Of a stretch of 64,000 nt of DNA, positions 55,449 through 64,000 are shown piece by piece. The stretch covers positions 15,004,001 to 15,068,000 of the forward strand of contig OZ024745.1 in assembly GCA_964016885.1 (NCBI GenBank), given 5' to 3'. The position numbers were made by a program, and so were the translations under genes. The stretch's first letter is position 1; the number at the start of each line of letters is the position of its first letter. Source of the stretch: Eledone cirrhosa. Lineage: Eukaryota. The notes under the pieces are model-generated. The model was not told where the DNA came from. It saw only the letters and a list, made by a program, of their open reading frames with translations, and did no database searches.

Positions 55449-58400
55449 TGTATGAAGACGTACAAGTCTGCGGGGGAAAAGGTTCGTGACTTTAAGCTGT
55501 TTTAAAGTATCATTTTTTGAATTTTCTTGTCGTTTATTTTTTAAAACTTCGAAAAAATCGCTTCCCCACCCCCACAAAAATATGGAAATTTTCGACCTTG
55601 AAACGGTAAACAACGTTCAGGTCAAAGGTTCAAAAACAGCCACTGTAGATCTCACCACAACTACTACTACTACTACTACTACTACTACAGAACTGCCTGT
55701 CGACCATTCCACTGAATGTGAAGGCAAAATTCAAAAGCTACCATTACAACCGCTCCCTTCTGTGTTAGGAGCAATATCATCTGAAAACGACATCACCACC
55801 ACCACCACCACCACAACAATAACTCAGAACAATAACGACAATAACACCGACAGCCTCAATGTAAACGCGGATGGCGGTGGCAACAGCAACAACAAACAAA
55901 ACAACAACAACACCAAGAACAACAGCAAGAACGACAACACCAACAACAAGAGCAACAAAGGCACTACCTTTACAGTGGCAGCAGCGAAAACAAAGTGCTT
56001 ATTGAATGTTGATATTAGCGATAAAGACGAACAGTTGGCCCAGGCGTGGAGGTTAATTAAACGGGAGAAGTCCTGGGCAAACCTGATCATCCCGGAAATA
56101 GCGGCTATGCAAAGGAGGACGGTGTAATTTCGATGCATTTCAGTGCAGACACGCAAAGTAGAACTCGCCAGCCAAGCAGAGGTCGAGGCTGCATTGAGGT
56201 GTATCGGAAGTGACATCGAGTACAAAGCAAGGGCCAAGCAGTTCGGTACCATCTCGGTACTGTTCAAAATCGAGGCCCTTGCTATTAAGCCCTCGGTGAC
56301 CGCCTGCAGAACGGAACGCCTTATCATGCACCGTCCTACATGGGCAAAAGAACAGTAAAGGTCCGCATTCCCAAGATCCCACCACGAATGAACATTTGGT
56401 GGCTCCTGGGATGCGTAATTGAGGAGGGGCCAGATACTACCCTCCTGGATATCAAAAGGACAGAGAGAGAAGACTGGTCCGGAAGGGATTTGGAGATTGT
56501 TGTCCAAATGAAACCAGAGGAGATCAACAACATACCGGATTTTTCCCGCCTGCAGGACGCGACAACAATCCAATTAATCGCTGAGGTCGAACCACCCGAC
56601 CTTCACAAAACCCGGGGAGGAAATTTAAATGTTCGCGGCCTGGGGTCACCCTGGAAGCAGGGTCGCCTGCTCAACGACCTCAGGTCTCTGGAAATAAATG
56701 TGATTGCTGTCAGCGAGATCAGGATTTCCGACACGCTCGCACTAGCCCCCATTTTCGACGACTATCAGATCTTGGCATCTGTTAGCAGGGCGGGAATGGG
56801 AGGTGGGGTGGTAGTGCTGTTTAGGAAAGGTCTGGATCTCGAGGTAAGGTCGATCTTCCGAGACCCGGACGGTAAGTTGGTGGTCCTGGATGTGAGCAGT
56901 AGCGAAGGTGGTGTCTTTAGACTGCTGGCTGTCTACGCCCCTACTGGGGCCGGACGACCGGACTTCTTTAGCCGCCTGGAAACCTTTCTGGGTACGTCTC
57001 GCCCTCTACTGTTAGCGGGGGACTGGAACGGCATCTTAGACGCACCCACTCGAACTGGGACGTGGAAAGGCGGTGTCAGCTTATGCGGACGACATCACTG
57101 TGATGGTGTCGGACACCTCGGAAATCGAGGTGGTCGGCACCTTATTGAAGGAATATGAAAGGTTGACAGGAGCCAAACTTAACCCGGAAAAGTCGGTGGG
57201 CTTGCAGCTCGGAATCTGGAGAGGCAAGACTATGCCGTCCAACAGCGTTGTGGGGCGCTGAACGGACGGACCGGTGAGGTTGCTCGGGGTTTGGTTCGGA
57301 CCAGACCTCTAGGTGGAAAATAATTAGGACGAGGTAACGAGCAGAATAGCCAGTCTCACCCAAATATGGCCTGGGAGGAAGCTATCACTGAAAGGTCGCG
57401 CGGAGGTGGCGAATGCGTACATCCCGTCCGTCATCTACTACCGCCTGACCGTCGTGCCTAGCCCCCGTCCGCGTCTCGTCAAGTTGGAACGGCTCCTCTT
57501 CAAATTCTTGTGGAAGAGACAAGTTCTGCTGGTGAGGCGGTCCATCTGCTGCCAGCATCCTCTACGTGGAAGACTGGGCATACCGTGGCTAATGATGCGC
57601 AGACATGCGCTGAGGCTGCGACATCTCCAGATATTCTGCCTAAACGGTGAACAGGTGTGGTCGCCATTTATCAGACGGGCCTTTCCGCAGCTAATTTCTT
57701 TGACTGAGCTGCAGTCCTAGGTCAAGAAGAGACCGAGACTGGGTGACTGGCACCGGGAATGTTGCCAGGCAGTCACTTCCCTCTACCAAGCGGGCAATGC
57801 GATCAGTGGAACTTCCACTCTCGAGTTCTATAGAGGAATAGTGGTGGGCGGTGCGATGACGCATTCGGAGTAGCTTTGGGCCTAGACGAAGTCGAACTGA
57901 CCAGTCTGTACCGGAGGACTTTCGAGCCGGGGACGATGGACAATTTCCAGAAATCCCTCGCTTGGCAGTGCTTCGGGGGGGGGGGGGGGGGGGGCACTCT
58001 ACAGGCACGGAAGTGCTGTCAGACGGACCTGCCCAAGATGCGCACAGAGCGACGAAACCGTTCTGCACGCACTTGTCCAATGTCCGTGCATTACTGACTT
58101 GTGGAGTTATGTCGAACAGCTACTGTCGCGTGTGGAACGCATCCGGCTATCGGCCGAGTCCATAGTGAAGATCGACCGGCCGCCTTCCTTAGGTCAGGAA
58201 GAGCAGGCAATTTTCCTTTGTCTAGTGGCCGTTGCGAAAGAGGTTATATGGTGGACCAGATAAAAAGGACTGAAGACAGACACTTTTCTCTTCAGCCAAT
58301 CCCTCACCAACAACTTCTTCAAGTTTCACCTGGAAAGGAAGGTGAGGGTGGAGAGAAGTACTGCCCCCCCCCCCTCAGTACATTTGCTAAAAGGTGGATG

Positions 58401-58737
58401 AAAGTGGGGCGAGAATGGCACGTGTGAATGGGCCTACTATGACCATGCGTCTATAGGCTAGCTAACTTGAGGAGAGGGGTGCTCTCCCTGGGTGCCCTAG
58501 AACCGCAGGGTGGTTCACGATTGGTGGGGTACCTGAGTCACCCCTGGGTGGTCCACCCCCTATAGGGGAATTTATTTTGTTATATTTATGCATAGTTTAT
58601 TTTATATTTTTTTATATCTTCATAGTTAAATTAGTTTTGCCATTGTGTACTTTTACTCTACATTATTGTAAAACCCAACTGTCCCAGTCTTTGTATAGTC
58701 CCCTACATGTCGGCCCTTGTGGCTAATAAATGAAATC
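55449..58737 (+). mobile_element. L1/Tx1-type LINE with both ends present and large internal deletions
   Basis: ORF1 remnants 55580-56590; APE LNVRGL...SE...VYAP...GDWN; RT YADD; C-terminal Cys region; GGCTAATAAA followed by (TTA)n. Confidence 0.9.
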
Positions 58738-58758
58738 ATTATTATTATTATTATTAAA

Positions 58759-59160
58759 GGCGGTGGATTGGCAGATTCGGTAGAAGGTCGGACGCCATGC
58801 TTTGACGCATAGAGTTACGGCCCTTGCCATTCTGTGTTCAAATCCCGCCGAGGTTAACTTTGCCTTTCATCCTTACGAGGTCGATAAAATAAAGTACCAG
58901 TAATGCACTGGATAATTGCTGGCCTTGTGCCTAAAGTAGAAACAATTATTATTATTATTATTATTATTAAGGGGCGGTGGATTGGCAGTATCGGTAAAGA
59001 GTCGGACGCCATGCTTTCCAGCATAGTTACGTCCCTTTACGATCTGAGTTCAAATCCCGCCGAGGTTGACTTTGCCTTTCATCCTTACGGGGTCGATAAA
59101 ATAAAGTACCAGTAATGCACTGGATGATTGCTGGCCTTGTGCCTAAAGTAGAAACAATTA
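58759..59160 (+). mobile_element. Two tandem Nin-like SINEs separated by (TTA)n
   Basis: Match to the SINE consensus. Confidence 0.9.
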
Positions 59161-59245
59161 TTATTATTATTATTGTTGTTGTTGTTGTTGTTATTACAAT
59201 ATTTGTTGTTGTTTTGTTGTTGTTGTTGTTGTTGTTCTTCTTCTT

Positions 59246-59319
<74 letters not shown>

Positions 59320-59321
<2 letters not shown>

Positions 59322-59486
59322 GGCTTTCTCCACAAATGTCCCTTGGAAGTCTCCCCCCTATTGGGTAATATTTCTTTGTTATTTTATTTCAACCTCTGTT
59401 TTTTACACGCATTTGTACCGTCCTGTATTGTCCTGTACTGTCCTTAATGTCTACTTTATGTGAACCCTTGTGGTTAATAAAGAAAA

Positions 59487-59487
<1 letters not shown>
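59320..59487 (+). mobile_element. Tx1-type 3' UTR stub within (TTA)n
   Basis: CCCTTGTGGTTAATAAAGAAA terminus resembles 58715-58737. Confidence 0.65.
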
Positions 59488-59532
<45 letters not shown>

Positions 59533-59535
59533 GTT

Positions 59536-61205
59536 ATTCCTTGAATCTCAGTCATTGATGTTGGTTAACTGGAAAGTCCGTTGGATTGAATATCAAGCCA
59601 CTACCTGCAGCCACAGATATTCAGGACGTATCGGAGGGTTCTTGCTGTTCCAAGCAAGCATGCCTTTTGAAGCGTTCCAAAAAGCGTGAAGGGGCCGATT
59701 TTCTGTAACCATCCCTGGAAACTTTTGGAGATAATCCCCAGTGCGCCTATGACAATCGGGATCACTTTGACTTCATGGGAGTTCCAAATCCTTTTTACCT
59801 CCCACTTTAAGTCCTGGTATCGGTTAATTTTCTCCCTCTCCTTCTCTTGCACTCTCGTGTCGAACGGGCAGGCCACATCCACAATCAGACACGATCTTTT
59901 TTCTTTGTCCACAACCACCAGGTCAGGTCTATTGTGTTCCAGTTTTTTGTCCGTCTGTATCCTAAAATCCCACAGCACCTTCACCTGATTGTTCTCCATC
60001 ACCGCCTCTGGCCTATGCTCATACCATTTCTCAGAATGTGGTAAATTGTTTACTTTGCACAGGTGCCAGTGGATCACCCTGCCCATCACATCGTGTCTCC
60101 AGCCCTTATAGTGGGTCTGGGCTAGGTGTTTACACTCGGACACAATGTGAGCCACAGTCTCCTCTCTCTCTCCACAGATCCTGCACAGTGGGCTAGCCTC
60201 CTTCTTGTAAATATGGTGCTTCAACCACTTCGCTTTGAGGGCCAGCTCCTGCGCAGCCATTAGCATTCCTTCTGTAGCCTTTTTGAGGTCTCCTCTTCTC
60301 AACCAGTTCCATGTCTGTGGATCTCTAAATTCAGTTTTCTCAAAGAAGGTACTATGAAGGGATTTTCCCTTAAGGCTGCTCTTCCTCCTTGATGTTATTT
60401 CCTCCTTGGACATCCCCTGGCCTACTGTCCCCTCCTTCAGTACAGTTCTGAGCATTGGCTCCTTACTATAGGTCACGTATTTGTATAGGTTGTTTTTCTC
60501 CATCTGAACACAGTCCTCTATGCTGATAAGACCTCTTCCACCCTCAGATCTCCTTAGGTAGAGTCTATCGACATCACTCCTCTTGTGGAACATGTTGTAG
60601 ATAGTCAATACTACACCCGCCATCTCCAAGCCATTCTCTCTGCTCAGTTCCTCCAGTTCCAGCTCGCTTATCCACCCATTAGTTCTTATTACCCGAGCCT
60701 GCCCGGCCAATTTTTGTTCATCTAATTTAAATAAACGAATCTCGTTCCAGATGTTATGCATCCGTCTCCTGTAGCCCCTCTCCTTGGGGTTACTTTTCAG
60801 GTAACATTGCATAACAGTTCTATTCAATTCTTTCGTCCAGTTGGTTCTGGCCCCTTTCCTTCTTCTTCTTCCTCCAACATCAGCAGTATTTGGTTGACAG
60901 TCAGGTTCCTGCTGCTGAGCCAGGCGGCACCTGTTGGGTGAGAGTCTGTCACATGATGTTCTAGTCTCCATTTCACCGTTGTTCGAACTGTTTATGTTCG
61001 ATATTTAAACACTCTTATCGAGGATTGGCGAATGTATGGTTACATAGCCATCTGTGGATCCGCCATTCCACTTGGCCCTTGTGTGGCATTATCACCACGC
61101 TGTATACGAACACACATAAACAAACAAACACACAGGCAGAAAGGGCCCCAAAAATGAATAAGCATAAGTTTCATTGTAAGGTAGTGTTCGAATGTCTGAC
61201 TTAGT
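59536..61205 (-). mobile_element. R4/Dong-like RLE element with the RT domain deleted
   Basis: Presumed 5' UTR and N-terminal domain fused at about 60610 to the post-RT region; (TAA)n tail. Confidence 0.9.
59601..60971 (-). CDS. 456-aa RT-less R4/Dong fusion ORF: N-terminal domain, CCHC zinc motif and RLE
   Basis: WTKELNRTVMQCY...; CRIC...ETVAHIVSEC; RHD; RPDLVVVD...DVACP...KINRY. No YxDD motif. Confidence 0.8.
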   Translation of the reverse strand: METRTSCDRLSPNRCRLAQQQEPDCQPNTADVGGRRRRKGARTNWTKELNRTVMQCYLKSNPKERGYRRRMHNIWNEIRLFKLDEQKLAGQARVIRTNGWISELELEELSRENGLEMAGVVLTIYNMFHKRSDVDRLYLRRSEGGRGLISIEDCVQMEKNNLYKYVTYSKEPMLRTVLKEGTVGQGMSKEEITSRRKSSLKGKSLHSTFFEKTEFRDPQTWNWLRRGDLKKATEGMLMAAQELALKAKWLKHHIYKKEASPLCRICGEREETVAHIVSECKHLAQTHYKGWRHDVMGRVIHWHLCKVNNLPHSEKWYEHRPEAVMENNQVKVLWDFRIQTDKKLEHNRPDLVVVDKEKRSCLIVDVACPFDTRVQEKEREKINRYQDLKWEVKRIWNSHEVKVIPIVIGALGIISKSFQGWLQKIGPFTLFGTLQKACLLGTARTLRYVLNICGCR

Positions 61206-62044
61206 TTTTGTTTTTTAAGTTTTAGTTTCTCCCCCCTCTTCTCTGTCCGTCCGCCTGCTTCTCTCTTCATTCTTATTTTCTTTACGTTTTTGGGGTTTTT
61301 TTTTTGTTTTTGTTTTTCTCTGTTTGTTTTTCTCGTTTTTTGCTGTTGTTGCTGTGCTGCTTTGGTTTTGTTGTTTGTTTTTTCTTTTTTCTTTTTTCTT
61401 TTGAGTCTATCTATATATTTTGATGCCTTCCTCTTTTTTAGCAGTAGGGATTCTATAATGTGGTGGCAGCAGCCAGCTGGTAGAGGTGGGAGACTGGCGG
61501 CGGTAGCGATACTGAGACAGTGGTGGTGGTGATGTCGATACCGAGGCAGTGGTAGCGGTGATATGACCGTATTACTGTAGTGATGGTGCTGTAGCGGTGG
61601 TAGCAGTGGAGGAGTGAAGGGGTGGTGGCGGCGGTGATGGGATAATGGTGGTAATGATGGCCGTAGTGAGCGGTGGTGGTGAAAATGCCGTTATCTGGCT
61701 GTTGTGTTTAGTGGACACAGGTGATGGGGTGGGTGGTGTATCTAGTTTCTGGTGTTGGTGAGTTTGGCTGTTCTATATAGTGTAGACAGAGGAGAGGAGG
61801 GGGGGTTCTTCTTTGGATATACAGTGTACAATACAAAGTTGAATATTTGAATATTTGAGCCTTATAACAATATATTTTGGGTCCGAATTTTTTGGGGCTC
61901 AAGCCGGGTGCTTTACGTAGCATTTGTACTAAGAGTTGTTATTTCACAAATGATTTAAATATGTTAAAAATTCAAAACTTACGGGAGCTATTTCATGACC
62001 TCCGTCACCTCGTGCGTCTTCTTCCCTTATTATTATTATTATTA

Positions 62045-62105
<61 letters not shown>

Positions 62106-62111
62106 GTTGTT

Positions 62112-63211
62112 ATTCCTTGAATCTCAGTCATTGATGTTGGTTAACTGGAAAGTCCGTTGGAATGAATATCAAGCCACTACCTTCAGCCTCAGATATTCAG
62201 GACGTATCGGAGGGTTCTTGCTGTTCCCAGCAAGCATGCCTTTTGAAGCGTTCCAAAAAGCGTGAAGGGGCCGATTTTCTTTAACCATCCCTGGAAACTT
62301 TTGGAGATAGTCCCCAGTGCGCCTATGACAATCGGGATCACTTTGACTTCATGGCAGTTCCAAATCCTTTTCACCTCCCACTTTAGGTCCTGGTATCGGT
62401 TAATTTTCTCCCTCTCCTTCTCTTGCACTCTCGTGTCGAAAGGGCAGGCCACATCCACAATCAGACACGATCTTTTTTCTTTGTCCACAACCACCAGGTC
62501 AGGTCTATTGTGTTCCAGTTTTTTGTCCGTCTGTATCCTAAAATCCCACAGCACCTTCACCTGATTGTTCTCCATCACCGCCTCTGGCCTATGCTCATAC
62601 CATTTCTCAGAATGTGGTAAATTGTTTACTTTGCACAGGTGCCAGTGGATCACCCTGCCCATCACATCGTGTCTCCAGCCCTTATAGTGGGTCTGGGCTA
62701 GGTGTTTACACTCGGACACAATGTGAGCCACAGTCTCCTCTCTCTCTCCACAGATCCTGCACAGTGGGCTAGCCTCCTTCTTGTAAATATGGTGCTTCAA
62801 CCACTTCGCTTTGAGGGCCAGCTCCTGCGCAGCCATTAGCATTCCTTCTGTAGCCTTTTTGAGGTCTCCTCTTCTCAACCAGTTCCATGTCTGTGGATCT
62901 CTAAATTCAGTTTTCTCAAAGAAGGTACTATGAAGGGATTTTCCCTTAAGGCTGCTCTTCCTCCTTGATGTTATTTCCTCCTTGGACATCCCCTGGCCTA
63001 CTGTCCCCTCCTTCAGTACAGTTCTGAGCATTGGCTCCTTACTATAGGTCACGTATTTGTATAGGTTGTTTTTCTCCATCTGAACACAGTCCTCTATGCT
63101 GATAAGACCTCTTCCACACTCAGATCTCCTTAGGTAGAGTCTATCGACATCACTCCTCTTGTGGAACATGTTGTAGATAGTCAATAGCTTCCTAGTCTTC
63201 CTATCCATTTC

Positions 63212-63212
<1 letters not shown>
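62112..63212 (-). mobile_element. 5'-truncated R4/Dong copy, near-identical to 59536-60610, flanked by (TAA)n
   Basis: ORF 62189-63212 nearly identical in protein to the 59601 ORF. Confidence 0.92.
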
Positions 63213-63299
<87 letters not shown>

Positions 63300-63301
<2 letters not shown>

Positions 63302-64000
63302 GTTGCATTTATCTTGCTTTATGTTCATACGAGTTATCACCAAGTAACAACCAGTCACCTCAAGAGACAATAAGGTTCGCCATGTTCAAGAAAGAACATA
63401 CATATTCACACATGCATCTTTAGTGTTTAGACTTGTGATGTACTTATATTGATAGAATCTTCCTTAGTATATGGGCAGTTCCCATTAGTACTATCTTTTG
63501 TATTTCTCCTATACGCGGGTTTCCTGGGATTTGCGATATGTAATCATTAGACCCCTTAGGTATCATTCCCAGAGCGCCTACAACCACTGGTATTGTTTTA
63601 GTTCTCAATTTCCATATTTTTCCAATTTCTATCTCCAGGTCCTTATACTTGCTCAATTTTTCAAATGTTTTTATAGATACATTCTTGTCTATTGGAACAG
63701 ACATATCAATTAGCAGGCATACCCTCTTTTGAAAGTCCTTCAATATTATATCAGGTCTATTTGCATCTATTTTTCTGTCTGTTTGGATGCTAAAGTTCCA
63801 CAAGATTGAGATGTGATCTTTTTCAAGTATGGGAGGTGGTTGATGCTCCCACCAATTCTTTTGATGGGGCAGGTCAAAATGCTTACACATTATCCAATGT
63901 ATATATTGTGCAGCTCTGTCATGCCTGTTTAGGTATTCGGTTGGAGCTATAGGACTGCACATTGAAATTATATGGTCAATGGTCTCTGGTTGTTTTTTGC
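63300..64000 (-). mobile_element. R4/Dong-like RLE element of a different family, 3' end, running off the window
   Basis: ORF 63444-63962: RHD...NRPDIILKD...IDMSVP...KLSKY...PVVVGALG; (TAA)n tail. Confidence 0.9.

Noticed and set aside
61040-61150. HDV-like ribozyme in the Dong 5' UTR (GGCCCTT/AAGGGCC stem)
   Set aside because: A stem exists, but the L3, P1.1 and J4/2 signatures are absent.

Overview
Eukaryotic, AT-rich, repeat-dominated DNA. It is most likely octopus or another coleoid cephalopod, which I infer from the abundant Nin-domain-like tRNA SINE and the extreme microsatellite load. No host protein-coding gene could be identified, and most ORF-track entries are microsatellite artefacts. 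The window holds three decayed Penelope-like elements (PLEs, Naiad-type RT and GIY-YIG), several L1/Tx1 fragments, four R4/Dong-type restriction-like-endonuclease (RLE) LINE copies, RTE and CR1/L2 fragments, many SINEs and a few MITEs. The main discovery is a 4.9-kb array (12079-16957) of near-identical, non-coding 468-490-bp units. Each complete unit carries a minimal type I hammerhead ribozyme (10 copies), an octamer motif and a variable (TA)n tract. The array has two head-to-head arms whose 3' ends both stop in (TA)n, the same geometry as the neighbouring PLE insertions. It looks like a young retrozyme-like (putative circRNA-producing) element mobilised by PLE machinery. Five further hammerhead or hammerhead-variant motifs sit at PLE-type termini. 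All folds were paired by eye, and no database search was run.
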